A stretch of 62,540 nt of DNA from Snowella sp. (GCA_035285545.1 JAYKGY010000005.1:1-62540), one strand, 5' to 3'. Shown: positions 40,984-52,600, counted from the stretch's first letter. Notes: generated by a model not told the origin, from the sequence alone. Program-made: numbers and translations.

Positions 40984-41796
40984 ATGGAGAGATTTTGGAC
41001 AGAGGTACTGGCGTTTTGTCAGACGACCACAAAAGCATTGGCGGAAGAGTTGGTAACCCAGTTTGCAAAATTACCGGCCATTCGTAAACAAGATGGAAGT
41101 CTGGTAACGCAAGCGGATCAATGGACAGATCAGGAAATCCGCGATCGCCTGGCGAAACACTTTCCGAGTCATGGGGTTCTGACAGAAGAAACGGAACATA
41201 TTTTTCCCGATAATGATTGGTGTTGGATTGTTGACCCTATCGATGGCACGACCAACTTTACACGGGGTATTCCCATTTGGGGCATTGCCTTGGGGTTACT
41301 CTATAAAGGAACGCCGGTTTTTGGGTTTGTCCATTTTCCCTTATTAAATGATTCCTTTTGGGGTTACTGGCTAGAAGGTTCGGGATTAACCGGAACAAGT
41401 GGGGCATTTTTAAACGGCGATCGCATCCAAACCAGTTCCGATAACCCCAGCCAAAACCATCTCTTTACCTTTTGTGCCCGGAGTACGGAGATTCTGACCC
41501 AGCCTTTTCCCTGTAAAGCCCGTCTTTTAGGCGTAGCCAGTTATAACGTATTACTGGTAGCTTCTGGAACTGCCTTGGGGGGAGTGGAAAAAATCCCCAA
41601 GATTTGGGACATTGCCGCAGTCTGGCCCATTCTCAAAGCCGCAGGAGGCAGTTTTATTTCTCTCAATCAAGATTCTATTTTCCCGTTAACGGTGGGGCAT
41701 AATTACGGCGATCGCCCCTTTCCCTGCTTGTATACCAGTCGCGATGACTTAATTAAACTTTTTCATCCCTTAGTTGCTCCGATTACCAAAAGCTAA
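40984..41796 (+). CDS. Inositol monophosphatase family protein
   Basis: DGSLVTQAD, WIVDPIDGTTNF, KIWDIAA. Confidence 0.92.
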   Translation: MERFWTEVLAFCQTTTKALAEELVTQFAKLPAIRKQDGSLVTQADQWTDQEIRDRLAKHFPSHGVLTEETEHIFPDNDWCWIVDPIDGTTNFTRGIPIWGIALGLLYKGTPVFGFVHFPLLNDSFWGYWLEGSGLTGTSGAFLNGDRIQTSSDNPSQNHLFTFCARSTEILTQPFPCKARLLGVASYNVLLVASGTALGGVEKIPKIWDIAAVWPILKAAGGSFISLNQDSIFPLTVGHNYGDRPFPCLYTSRDDLIKLFHPLVAPITKS

Positions 41797-41924
41797 ATAC
41801 CTTAATCTCTCCCTTAACCTAACGCTGTAGCCAATTCATCGAATTTCATGAAGGAAGTTGACTTAAAGCGGAATCCGTAATCCTATAATTTGAGAAAGAA
41901 AACAGGACAAATTAAGGAATTCCC

Positions 41925-42965
41925 ATGCAGTTTAATGAACTGGTTGAAAAATTAAGCCCTTTTGTGAAGGCCAGTAGTCTGACGGCTAATCCTGAAGGTA
42001 ACCCCCATATTCAAGGGGTCGCGGCTGTCGATGAGGCAACCCGTCATCAGTTAAGCTACATTGAAGGTTCCAAATTTGCCAGTATGATAACAAAAACGGC
42101 GGCGAGTGCCCTGATATTACCCTTGGATGAATCTTTACAAACCCAAGCACAAGAACAAGGGATTGCTTGGATTGCCACGCCTGATCCCCGTTTACTGTTT
42201 GCTCAGGCGATTCGTTTGTTTTACCAACCCTTTCATCCTGCACCGAGTATTCACCCCACTGCGGTAATTGATCCCTCCGCCACGATTGGTCAAGATGTCT
42301 ATATTGGCCCCCATGTGGTCATTCAAGCCGGCGTAAAAGTGGGTAATCAAGTGTGCATTCATCCCAATGTGGTTATTTATCCAGGCGTAACCATCGGCGA
42401 TCGCAGCACGTTACACGCCAACTGCACGATTCATGAACGGGTACAGATGGGGCAGGATTGTGTGATCCACAGTGGAGCCGTGATAGGAGCAGAAGGATTT
42501 GGATTTGTGCCGACGGCAGAGGGTTGGCTAAAAATGGAACAATCGGGTTACGTTGTTCTGGAAGATGGGGTAGAAATTGGCTGTAATAGCACCATTGACC
42601 GTCCCGCAGTGGGGGAAACGCGCATTGGCAAAAATACCAAATTAGATAACTTGGTGCATATTGCTCACGGATGTCAGGTGGGACAAAACTGTGCAATGGC
42701 GGCCCAAGTAGGGCTAGCGGGGGGCGTACAGATCGGTAATCGGGTCATTTTAGCGGGTCAAGTCGGGGTAGCGAATCAGGCAAAAATTGGTGATGGCGCG
42801 ATCGCGTCTGCTCAAACCGGAATTCACAATGATGTCGCTCCAGGGGAAATTGTCTCCAGTAGCCCTGCTGTTCCCCATAAAATTTACTTAAAAGCCTCAG
42901 CCATTTATAAAAAACTGCCTGAAATTTATCAGACAGTGAAACAATTACAGAAGAAATTGGAATAA
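41925..42965 (+). CDS. lpxD: UDP-3-O-(3-hydroxymyristoyl)glucosamine N-acyltransferase
   Basis: Hexapeptide repeats, IGAEGFGF, TIDRPA, KLDNLVHIAH. Confidence 0.96.
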   Translation: MQFNELVEKLSPFVKASSLTANPEGNPHIQGVAAVDEATRHQLSYIEGSKFASMITKTAASALILPLDESLQTQAQEQGIAWIATPDPRLLFAQAIRLFYQPFHPAPSIHPTAVIDPSATIGQDVYIGPHVVIQAGVKVGNQVCIHPNVVIYPGVTIGDRSTLHANCTIHERVQMGQDCVIHSGAVIGAEGFGFVPTAEGWLKMEQSGYVVLEDGVEIGCNSTIDRPAVGETRIGKNTKLDNLVHIAHGCQVGQNCAMAAQVGLAGGVQIGNRVILAGQVGVANQAKIGDGAIASAQTGIHNDVAPGEIVSSSPAVPHKIYLKASAIYKKLPEIYQTVKQLQKKLE

Positions 42966-42976
42966 TTAAAAAGGCT

Positions 42977-45829
42977 CTAAACCGTTACGCCTAATTGGTT
43001 AGCAGCTAAACTGATCAACGAATCGGGGTGCGTGCTGACTAAATCCCCAGAGGCTTCCCAGAAGAACATTCCGCCTAATCCTTGAGTTTTGAGGTAATCC
43101 ATTTTGGCTCCCAAGGATTGCTTATCTTCGTAAGTACTAAAGACCCCTAAGGATTTGTTGTAAATATAGGGAACTTTGGCCACATCGTCCCAATAACGAA
43201 CATAACCACTATTGGCTGTGTTAATTTTTTGATGAAGATCCTTATAGTCAAAATTTCCTGCTTCCCAGGTACCAGGCCCCGCGCCGGTAGCCGATTGGAA
43301 TAAGCCATCATTGATATTGGGAACCCCAGTCCAAGACCTTCCATAGAGCGGCACACCGAGAACAAGATCTTCTGCTTTTACCCCTGCATTTTTATATTGT
43401 TGAATGGTTGACGCAATATTATATTGAGCTTTGTAGGTAGAGGGATCGTTGGGGTTACTATACAGGGCAGCTTGATGATTAGTCGTCTTTTCCCATGCGC
43501 CATGATAGTCATAGGTCATGACGTTGAAAAAGTCTAAATAGGGAGCCATTTGTCCAAGATCGAAATTGGCAATTTTATCAAAGCCCGCAGGGGAAGCAAT
43601 GGTGAGTTGATAGGTCTTTCCGTCTTTAGCTTGTTGTAAGTTTAGCTGTTGCCGGAGTTCTGCCACTAATAGCGTGTAATTCTGTTTATCTTCAGGACGA
43701 TTCACGTTGCCGTCTAAGCCACCGCCGACAGGGTATTCCCAGTCTAAATCAATGCCATCAAATCCATATTTGACAATAAAATTCACCGCAGAGGTCGCAA
43801 ATTTTTTCCGTGAGGTATCGGTTAAGGCCACATCTGAAAAGGGGCTTGATAATGTCCAGCCACCAATGGAAAGCATATTGGTTAAATGGGGATTTTCAGT
43901 TTTTAATGCTCTTAATTCCGCAAAGTTACCGGCTTGATTGGCAGTCGATTGATCCCAAGTATATTTGCCATTAAAGGTGATTTGGGTGGCTGCCCAGGGA
44001 TCAAAAATGGCCACTTCTCCGTTATTGTCAATCTTGGCAAAGGCGTAGAAAATATGGGTCAGGTTATTCGCAGGAATGTCTTTTACCTGAAAGTTGCGGT
44101 CATAGATAGCCCATTCAGGATAGTAAGCCGCTACGACATATTTTTGGGGATTGGGGTCATCATTACTAATCGTTGCAACGCCTAAAGCATCGTTAATAAT
44201 GGCATTGGTCGGATTAGAAAGATTGACGTTGAAGGTTTCATTGCTTTCAAAACTAGTGTCACCGTTGATGGATACGGTAATAGTTTGGCTGAGTTGCCCA
44301 GGACTAAACGTTAAAGTGCCTGTTTTACTGACATAATCAGAACCCGCGATCGCCGTTCCATTTTGGGTGGCATAGTTCACGGTAATAATATTGCTACTGA
44401 CGGCGGATAAACTCACAGTAAAAACCGCATTGGTTAAGCCAGCATTACCTTCAGTTATCGTGACATCATTAATTCGCAAATTTAGGGGGGCAGGATCATT
44501 ATCCACAATGGTTGCAATTCCCTGACCATCGGTAATGATCGCTTGTGTCGGATTACTTAAATTCAAAAAGAAATTTTCATTTCCTTCGTAGAGCGTATCT
44601 CCTTTCACCGCTACGGTCACGGTTTTGACGGTTTCCCCAGGATTAAAGGTTAGGGTTCCCGCGATCGCTGTGTAGTCAGAAAGGGATTTAGCGGTTCCAT
44701 CGGCAGTGGTGTAGCTAACGGTTACCGGATTGGAGCTAGCGGCATTTAAGCTAACGGTAAAAACCGCATTGAATGAGCCGGTGTTCCCTTCTGTAAGTTG
44801 GACATCGTTAACCGATAAACTCGGTAGGCTGGAGAGTAATTGACCGTTGAATTGATAATTTGTCGGGGCAGGAACTTGGCTTCCGGTAAAAGTACCATTA
44901 AAACCAAAAGAAACGGAACCATTAACCGGAATTTGGGCATTCCAACTCAAGTTGGTGACTTCATAGCGGCCATTAGCCCCCGGAAGTTGTTGGGCATTCC
45001 AAAGAGAGGTAATGGAAAACAAACTATCAAACGCTAATTTCCAGTTATTAATCGCTGTTGTTCCCTGATTGGTAATGGTAATGGTTCCTGTAAAACCGGA
45101 ACTCCATTGACTATCAACTTTAAAGGCGACTGCAATATTGCCGTTGGTCGGGGCAGGGGCTTGGTCATCGTTGGTAATGGTTCCGATGGCTTGCGTTTTC
45201 GCGATCGCGGCTCCCACCGCATTAGACAGATTTAAATATAATGTCTCGTTGGCTTCCACCAGGGTATCCCCTTGAATCGCAATTTGAAGGGTTTTACTGG
45301 TTTCTCCTGGGGCAAAGGTTAAGGTTCCCGTTAAAGCGGTATAGTCTTCTCCCGCTTTGGCTGTTCCGTTGCTGGTTCCGTAGTTAACCGTCACTGTTTG
45401 GGTACTTGCTGCACTCAAGGACACCGTATAGACCAGATAGCGAATTCCCGAATTGCCTTCCACAATGCTGGCATCATTTAGCGTAATTGAGGGTAAAACG
45501 GGAGTACTACCGCCTGAACTGACCGCAACCCCATTGAGAAGATAATTCGTTGGTGGTGGTACGGTTCCATTGACGGGCGTTCCGATAAAGCCAATAGTCA
45601 CACTTTGCCCTGGCTCTAAATTGGGTTGCCAATTGGCATAACGAATGACATAGCGATCGCCGACACGGCTCACAATTTCCGCATTCCAAATACTGGTGAT
45701 CGCAAAACTACTGGTAAATTCAAGTGTCCAATTAGAGACTAATAAATCGCCACCATTGGTTAGCGTAATCTCTCCTTGGAAACCCGTTCCCCAGTTACTT
45801 AAGACCGAAAAATTCACAGTATTCGTCAT
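42977..45829 (-). CDS. GH18 chitinase with two CBM2 and three Calx-beta domains
   Basis: Catalytic FDGIDLDWEYP, SIGGW, MTYDYHG. CBM2 starts NWGTGFQGEIT and QWSSGFTGTIT. Calx-beta repeats DY....GTLTF.PG. ATG at 45829 preferred over 45877. Confidence 0.92.
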   Translation of the reverse strand: MTNTVNFSVLSNWGTGFQGEITLTNGGDLLVSNWTLEFTSSFAITSIWNAEIVSRVGDRYVIRYANWQPNLEPGQSVTIGFIGTPVNGTVPPPTNYLLNGVAVSSGGSTPVLPSITLNDASIVEGNSGIRYLVYTVSLSAASTQTVTVNYGTSNGTAKAGEDYTALTGTLTFAPGETSKTLQIAIQGDTLVEANETLYLNLSNAVGAAIAKTQAIGTITNDDQAPAPTNGNIAVAFKVDSQWSSGFTGTITITNQGTTAINNWKLAFDSLFSITSLWNAQQLPGANGRYEVTNLSWNAQIPVNGSVSFGFNGTFTGSQVPAPTNYQFNGQLLSSLPSLSVNDVQLTEGNTGSFNAVFTVSLNAASSNPVTVSYTTADGTAKSLSDYTAIAGTLTFNPGETVKTVTVAVKGDTLYEGNENFFLNLSNPTQAIITDGQGIATIVDNDPAPLNLRINDVTITEGNAGLTNAVFTVSLSAVSSNIITVNYATQNGTAIAGSDYVSKTGTLTFSPGQLSQTITVSINGDTSFESNETFNVNLSNPTNAIINDALGVATISNDDPNPQKYVVAAYYPEWAIYDRNFQVKDIPANNLTHIFYAFAKIDNNGEVAIFDPWAATQITFNGKYTWDQSTANQAGNFAELRALKTENPHLTNMLSIGGWTLSSPFSDVALTDTSRKKFATSAVNFIVKYGFDGIDLDWEYPVGGGLDGNVNRPEDKQNYTLLVAELRQQLNLQQAKDGKTYQLTIASPAGFDKIANFDLGQMAPYLDFFNVMTYDYHGAWEKTTNHQAALYSNPNDPSTYKAQYNIASTIQQYKNAGVKAEDLVLGVPLYGRSWTGVPNINDGLFQSATGAGPGTWEAGNFDYKDLHQKINTANSGYVRYWDDVAKVPYIYNKSLGVFSTYEDKQSLGAKMDYLKTQGLGGMFFWEASGDLVSTHPDSLISLAANQLGVTV

Positions 45830-46117
45830 ACAAAAACTCCTTTTGAGATTGAGCAAATCCCAAAAAATTATTAACACGTTAATCTATTTGATCTATAGTT
45901 TTTCTGTTTTCTTAATGCCTTCACCCAAAAGCATGAAGCAAAACTCACCGATATCTTCAATGCTTTTCATGATTTAGCAGGAAGCTCAAAAGATCAACAA
46001 TACGCCCATCCTAATCTTGAATTTTAATTTTGCGCTGAGGGGAAATACGGAAAAACACCAAAAAATGAGTCGTTAATTCTAGGAATCACGAACCAAAAAT
46101 ACTGAGAAAAGTACACT

Positions 46118-46207
46118 TTTTTTGAGCTTTATCCCCCCTGCCCCCTTACTAAGGGAGGAGACGATAGGCGGGAGATTTGATAAAAAATAAGGTTGACTGA
46201 CTTATCA
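46118..46207 (+). mobile_element. Partial copy of the MITE-like element at 49316-49432, in inverted orientation
   Basis: TTTTGAGC..ATCCCCCC..CCCTTACTAAGGGAGGAGACGATAGGCGGGAGATTTGATAAAAAATAAGGTTGACTGACTTATCA aligns to the reverse complement of about 49313-49400. Confidence 0.7.
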
Positions 46208-46270
46208 TGGCTTTCCTAAACTTTTAAGCCATAATTTTTATTTCGATAAAATCTTCTTTAATAATTGAAT

Positions 46271-47062
46271 TTACTTGCTGGCTTGAATCTCTTTGATTGT
46301 GTCTAAGGCCTTGGTTTCATTGTCCGTTTTGCCTTGGTCTTTAAACAGTTTCGCGGCTGCTTGTAAATCGGCGATCGCTTTATTCTTATTTTTCAATTTG
46401 TAATAGGTTAAACCCCGATTAAATAGGGCATCAGCCAACTGGGGATTTAATTCAACGCTCTTTGTGTAATCAGCTAGGGCCTTATCGTGATTACCCAAAC
46501 GGTTATAGGTTACGCCTCGGTTGTAATAGGCATTGGCACTTTTGCCATTGACCTTAATGGCGGTATTGTAATCCGCTAAAGCCGCTTTACGGTTACCTAA
46601 ATCATCCTGGGCATTTCCCCGATAGATATAAAAGTCTGCATACTTGGCGTTGAGTTTAATGGCATTGGAACAATCGGCGATCGCCTTTTGATATTCTTTG
46701 ATCAAATAAAACGCATAACAGCGATTGCCAAAGGCATAGACAAACTTAGGATTGAGGGTTAAGGCTTGATTGTAATCTTGAATGGCTTCGTTATAGTTGC
46801 CTAAAATATGCTTGGCATAGCCCCGATTATAAAACGCATCCGCATCTTTATCATTTAAACGAATGGACTCAGAAAAGCTGGTAACGGCTGCACTATAGTC
46901 ACTCGCCGCTAATTGATCGACCCCCTGGTTGTACCATTGCACAGCAGATTTTGGGGCAGATTGGGCAGAAACGGAGGAGATAATGCAACCACTCACCCCT
47001 AGCGCGATCGCCGATGCAGCAACAGTCTTACGGATCAATGTTGATAGCCCTTGACTTATCAT
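46271..47062 (-). CDS. Exported tetratricopeptide repeat protein
   Basis: Signal peptide, then repeated YYNRG..Y..LG...A..DY TPR units. Confidence 0.9.
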   Translation of the reverse strand: MISQGLSTLIRKTVAASAIALGVSGCIISSVSAQSAPKSAVQWYNQGVDQLAASDYSAAVTSFSESIRLNDKDADAFYNRGYAKHILGNYNEAIQDYNQALTLNPKFVYAFGNRCYAFYLIKEYQKAIADCSNAIKLNAKYADFYIYRGNAQDDLGNRKAALADYNTAIKVNGKSANAYYNRGVTYNRLGNHDKALADYTKSVELNPQLADALFNRGLTYYKLKNKNKAIADLQAAAKLFKDQGKTDNETKALDTIKEIQASK

Positions 47063-47100
47063 CCTTTTCTTTCCTCACGTAGCCAATTCTCTAGACCAGT

Positions 47101-48291
47101 TTAGAGCAATTTTTCCATCCCTTCTAGTAAGCGATCCACTTCTTCTAAGCTTGTAAAATAATGGCAACAGGCACGGATACAGTTAGGGGAGGCAATGGTA
47201 CGCAGGAAAAAGCCCGCTGTTTCTAATTGTTGAACCCATTCTGCGTGGGATAGGTGGCTGTCAATTTGAAAGGAAACTAGGCCCGCTTGCGGAGGAGTTT
47301 GTTTTAAACAGGTAATTTTAGGAATTCGTTGCAGTCCTTCCCATAGATAATGACTGGTTCGACAAATTTGTTGATAGCGTTGCTGGGCCGTTCCCATTTG
47401 GCGATGGAGAGTAAGGGCAGCCCGTAAACCTTCAAATTGGGGAAAAGCGGAAGTGGCTATTTCAAATTTTCCGCCTGTTTTTTTCCAGCCCTTAATTTCT
47501 CCCTGTTTCCCATATTCCAAACTCCGCCAGCCCACATAGGTCGGCCATAAATTCGGCGATCGCTGGGGATTGATATATAAAGCACCCACACCTGCGGGGC
47601 CACAAAACCATTTATGACCCGTAAACGCATAGTAATCTACGTCTAACGTGCTCAAATCGACCGCTAACGATCCCGCCGACTGCGCCGCATCCACTAACAC
47701 TTCTACAGGATAATCGCCTTGATGATTTCGACAAACCTGCATAATCTCCGCTAAGGGGAGGACTTGACCCGTATTCCACAGTAAATGGCTCAGCACGACT
47801 AAGCGGGTTTTCGGGGTTAAATGGGCGCGAATCACTTCTGTCGGATCGCCGTTGTTTAAAGTCGCTTCAATGGGACAAGTAGAATAGGTAATACCAAAGC
47901 GATCGCGTAGGGCCTCAACAATGCCAATGACCCCAGGATGCTCACAATCGGTCATTAACACATGATCGCCGGCTTGCCAATCCAATCCCCACAGCACGAT
48001 ATTACAGCCCGTCGTGACATTATCCGTAATAGTCAGGGTTTCGGGAGCAACGTTAAATTCTGTCGCTAGGGTTTGGCGTAATGTTTCTGTTTTGGCTTGA
48101 AAATAAGCATTCCCTTTCAAGGAAAAGGGGCCATTTTCTTCTAAAAATTGATAGACCTGGAGAATTGCAGCTAAAGAATCCTGGGGCAGAATCCCCTGAC
48201 CCCCGTAGTTAAAGTAAACTTTGTTGTTAAGTCCTGGAAAATGTTGACGAATTTCGGATTGTGGGGCAGAAAGAAGAGCAAGCTCAGTCAT
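47101..48291 (-). CDS. Class V PLP aminotransferase (cysteine/cystine lyase C-DES-like)
   Basis: YFNYGGQG, SHLLWNTG, VDAAQS, FTGHKWFCGPAGVG. Confidence 0.88.
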   Translation of the reverse strand: MTELALLSAPQSEIRQHFPGLNNKVYFNYGGQGILPQDSLAAILQVYQFLEENGPFSLKGNAYFQAKTETLRQTLATEFNVAPETLTITDNVTTGCNIVLWGLDWQAGDHVLMTDCEHPGVIGIVEALRDRFGITYSTCPIEATLNNGDPTEVIRAHLTPKTRLVVLSHLLWNTGQVLPLAEIMQVCRNHQGDYPVEVLVDAAQSAGSLAVDLSTLDVDYYAFTGHKWFCGPAGVGALYINPQRSPNLWPTYVGWRSLEYGKQGEIKGWKKTGGKFEIATSAFPQFEGLRAALTLHRQMGTAQQRYQQICRTSHYLWEGLQRIPKITCLKQTPPQAGLVSFQIDSHLSHAEWVQQLETAGFFLRTIASPNCIRACCHYFTSLEEVDRLLEGMEKLL

Positions 48292-48450
48292 AAAAATTGC
48301 TATTTAAATCGGCTTGGCAATAGGGGCGATCAATCACCAACAATCACTTTACCGTTCTATCAACCTTTTTGGGCACATTCATCAGGCTATTTCAATCTCA
48401 ACCAACGGATTCATCGCTAGACTGAATAACACCCAATGGATCGGTTGAAT

Positions 48451-49185
48451 TTATTTGGGATCTTTGACATGAAGAACGCTATCATCAGCCGCTACATTAA
48501 TAACATTTTGGGGCGTTAACAAACCCTGAAAGTTTTTAATCGCATCCGCTAAACCTTTGGCTTCTGTTTTCCGTTTTTCTGCCTGTTGTTCCGCAATGAA
48601 TCGCTCTTTAATGCTGGCTTCAATGGGTTCAGGAAGGTTAACTTGAGTAAGGGCAATTTTGTCAACCACCAACCCTTGAGTATTTAAAGTTTGATTGACT
48701 AACGTTAAAATTCTCTCAGTAATGACATCATTTTGATTGCTGTAAATCGATTTTAAATGGTAGTTAGCAATGATTGATCGCAGGGAAGCCGCTAATGCTG
48801 TCAGCAAAACGCCCTTTTCGTTATCACCAATAGTTTGATAAAAGTAACCAGACTTTTGAGGATTAATATGATAGCTTAGGCTAACATCAATCTTAAAATT
48901 AATTCCTTCTTTAGACGTTAACCCAATCGTTTCATTTAGTGTTTTAGCGCGAGTCGAAAATTTGATGACGGTTTCTAGGGGATTTACCCAATAAACCCCT
49001 GGTAATAAAGGTTGGGTTAATAATTTTTCTGGTGTTTCGATCACGCCGACTTCTCCTGTTGGCACAATGATTAAGGTTCTCAGGAAAATTTTCAGCAGTA
49101 ATAGCGCGATCGCTGCGCTCAACAGCATTATTCCGGTATGGGGAGGAAGCTTGAGATTGTACTTGCTCAAATCATTGGTAATCAT
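48451..49185 (-). CDS. SPFH/prohibitin (band 7) family protein
   Basis: N-terminal TM, IVPTGEVGV, SKEG....DVS, LP..IEASI...AEQ. The C-terminus is short. Confidence 0.8.
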   Translation of the reverse strand: MITNDLSKYNLKLPPHTGIMLLSAAIALLLLKIFLRTLIIVPTGEVGVIETPEKLLTQPLLPGVYWVNPLETVIKFSTRAKTLNETIGLTSKEGINFKIDVSLSYHINPQKSGYFYQTIGDNEKGVLLTALAASLRSIIANYHLKSIYSNQNDVITERILTLVNQTLNTQGLVVDKIALTQVNLPEPIEASIKERFIAEQQAEKRKTEAKGLADAIKNFQGLLTPQNVINVAADDSVLHVKDPK

Positions 49186-49315
49186 AGTAATTTCGCATTA
49201 TCAGGATAAAAAATAGAATTTCTCTAAACAAAGCTTAGCGAGGTTTTACCTTCAGAAGGGGGATCAGCGTAAGGGTTAAACGATCAGTCGTCACATCACG
49301 GGATAATATTCTTGA

Positions 49316-49432
49316 TAAGTAAGTCAACCGTATTTTTTATAAAATCCCCCGCCTATCGGCTCCTCCTTAATAAGGGAGACGGGGGGAATAACGCTCAAAA
49401 AGATTTTATGTTTGATTGAGTTGATCGACTTA
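49316..49432. mobile_element. MITE-like element, 117 bp, with internal REP-like palindrome
   Basis: Imperfect terminal inverted repeats TAAGTAAGTCAAC / GTTGATCGACTTA, internal CCTTAATAAGG palindrome, second copy near 46.1-46.2 kb. Confidence 0.65.
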
Positions 49433-49623
49433 ACGGGTTTCGTAACTGTGTGATCAAAAACCGCTGTTAACCTTCTATAAACTAAGACGATGGAAAACGC
49501 TATCTGTGAAGTTAATGTTTGAACAAATGTACTAATCGGGCGACATGATGCTCCCCCATTCCGCTGACAAAAAAGAAGGCAAAAGCACTAGAAATTAGAG
49601 ATGAGGGAGAAAGGATGGCGATG

Positions 49624-52600
49624 TTAAAGATTGTTTAATAATCTTCTAATGGTTATGTCTAATTGCTTCAGTCTGACGGGTTTAGATAAATATTCATTGG
49701 CTCCAGCGGCAAGGCATCGATCGCGATCGCCATCCATTGCCAAGGCAGTCAGGGCGATAATGGGAATTTGGGTTAAATCAGGGTCTTGACGAATATACTT
49801 AATGGCTTCGAGTCCGTCCATTTCAGGCATTTGAATATCCATCAGGATAATATCAGGCTGCTGGGACTGGGCAACCGCGATCGCCTCTCGTCCGTTATTG
49901 GCAAACAGAAGACGATAACCCTTCGTTTCTAAATAGTCTGTAACCATTGCCGTATTGGCCTGATTATCCTCCGCTAATAAGACCAGGGGCGAGAAGTTGG
50001 GGAACGGAGTCGCTGCGGTGCTGGACATTTGGGAGGTAACAGAATCGAGATTGGATGAAAAATAATCACTGCGGGATGCGACACAGGGGAGTTCCACCGT
50101 AAAGCAACTGCCATGACCCAATTGACTGGTCACCTGCACCTGCCCCCCATGCAATTCTACAATTTGTTTAACGAGAGCTAATCCTAATCCTGTCCCCGTA
50201 TATTGGCGATTGAGGGCACTATCGATCTGGACAAACGGCTTAAATAAACGATCAAGATTTTCAGAAGCAATGCCAATTCCCGTGTCCGTAATGGCAATAT
50301 GCAGAAAAATTTGCTGAGTGTCTGCGACGGTATGGGGAACGAGGGCGGCTGTCATCGTAATTTGTCCTCCCTCTGGGGTAAATTTAACCGCATTGGTTAA
50401 TAAATTAATTAAAACTTGCCGAATCCGCCGCTCATCCAGGATTAAATTGGGCAAATTATCGGGAATTTGGGTTTCTACCTGAATCTGTTTTTTAAAGGCT
50501 TGTTGTTTGATAAAAGCTAAACTGGAAGCACACAGAGAGGAAATCGCGACCGGACAAGACTCTAACTCAATCTGCCCCGACTCGATTTTGGCAACATCGA
50601 GAATATCGTTAATCAGGGATAGTAAATGATTCGCACTATTTTCAATTGTATTTAAAGATTTGTGTTGTTTTTCGTTCAGTTCTCCAAAAACCTGTTCTTT
50701 TAAGCCTTCGGTCATGCCTAAAATGGCGTTTAAGGGGGTTCGTAATTCATGGCTCATATTGGCCAAAAATTCATCCTTTAGGCGAGTTGCTCGAATCAGT
50801 TGCTGATTAGTTCGTTGGAGTTGGGCTTCGGCTTCTTTGCGATCGCTGATATCCCGACAGACACAAATGAGTAAACCATCGTCTGTGATGGTAAGCGATA
50901 GCCCTTCATCAAACCTAGAACCATTCTTGCGGGTGGCGATCATTTCCCCTTGCCAATGATGATCTCTGGTGAGTACGGGAAAAACCGTTTCCTCAATTCG
51001 GGTAATTTCTGACGGGGAATAGAGTTTATGCCAACTTTCCCCCAACAGTTCTTCCGGCTCTTCGTAGCCAAACATTTTGACATGGGCTTCATTGACATAG
51101 ATATATTTTCCATCTTGTAAAATTCCAATCCCATCGATCGCGGCTTCAATGGCTGCCATTTGCCGTTTTCGGTTTTCTTCGGCCAGTTTGCGATCGCTAA
51201 TATTGATGATATAGCCAATAAATTCGAGGGGATTTCCCCGTTCATCCTGCACCAGACGCACTTCATCCCGCAACCAAACGTAATAACCCTGTTGGTGTAA
51301 AAATCGGTATTCCGAGATCCGCTTTCCATTCTCACCTAAAGTTGCTAAACTCGGCGCAATTTGTTGGTAATCATCGGGATGAATACGCTCAAACCAAAAA
51401 CTTTCAGTTTGTAAAACCTGTTGGGCTGAATAGCCTAAAATCCCTTCAATATTCGGAGAAATAAACGTAGGAGAATAGGGCGGTTTCGTATGGCAACTAT
51501 AAAGAACGGCTGGATTCCTTTCCAACAAAAATTCTAAGCGTTCTTTTAACAAATGCTTTTCTAGTTCAGCTTGCTTACGGGCGGTAATATCACGAGTCAC
51601 CACAATAATATTGTTGCGATCTTTCGCAATCATACGGGCTTCAAAATAGCGGCTTTCCTCTCTAACCGGCAATACATACTCCACACTCACGGTCGTACCG
51701 GAAGACAGGGCTTGCTGGAAGGCTTGATACATCCGTTGGCTGAGTTCTTCTGGTAAAACGCTTTGAAAATTACGCCCGATAAAGGCTGAAGGGGGCAAAT
51801 AGAGTAAATTCTCATTTCCAGTTTTATAATCTAAAATTTCACCATCTGCATTCAGATAAAAGAGCAAATCGGGAAAAGCATCCAGCATTGCCTGTATATT
51901 TTGATTCGCTTTGATTAACTCAGCCGTTCGTTGGGCAACCCTGATTTCTAATTCGGTATTCAAGCGTTCTAAAGACAACTCGGCTTGTTTTCGCTGGGTA
52001 ACATCTAACGCCACCCCAAACCAGAGGATATCGCTATTGGGGAATATTTCGGGAGTTGAATTTGCCTCCAACCATTTCACTTTACCGGAAGGCGTGATCA
52101 TACGCCATTCATGATGAAACGGTTCCCCTGTCGCCAGACTTTGAGCGACCGCAGTGTCATAGCCTTCTACATCATCAGGGTGAAAAAGATTAAAAACCAA
52201 ACTAGAATCGGCTAAAACGGCATCGACTTCTAATTCCAAAATTTTCGTTACTTTGGAGTTGATATAGTTAAACGTAATAGACCCATCAGGTCTTTGGACA
52301 AAAACATACAACATCCCCGGCAGAGTCATGGCTAATTTTTGGAATTGGGCTTCCTGTTCAGCCGTCAGTTTTGCATAGCGATCTTCACTTTTCCGTAGCT
52401 CAACGCTTTGGGCTTCTATTTGTTGTTGTAGGTCATGGGTTTGATTTTCAAGTAGCAATAGCTTTTCCCGTTCAAGGGCGATCACTTTTTGCTCTAGGAG
52501 ATTAACGAGTTTATAAATTTCTATCGGGTTGAGGATTTGCAGTACGGTGGTCTGCGTAATAATTCCTAATAATGTTCCCTGTTCCCCCGTGACAACCACA

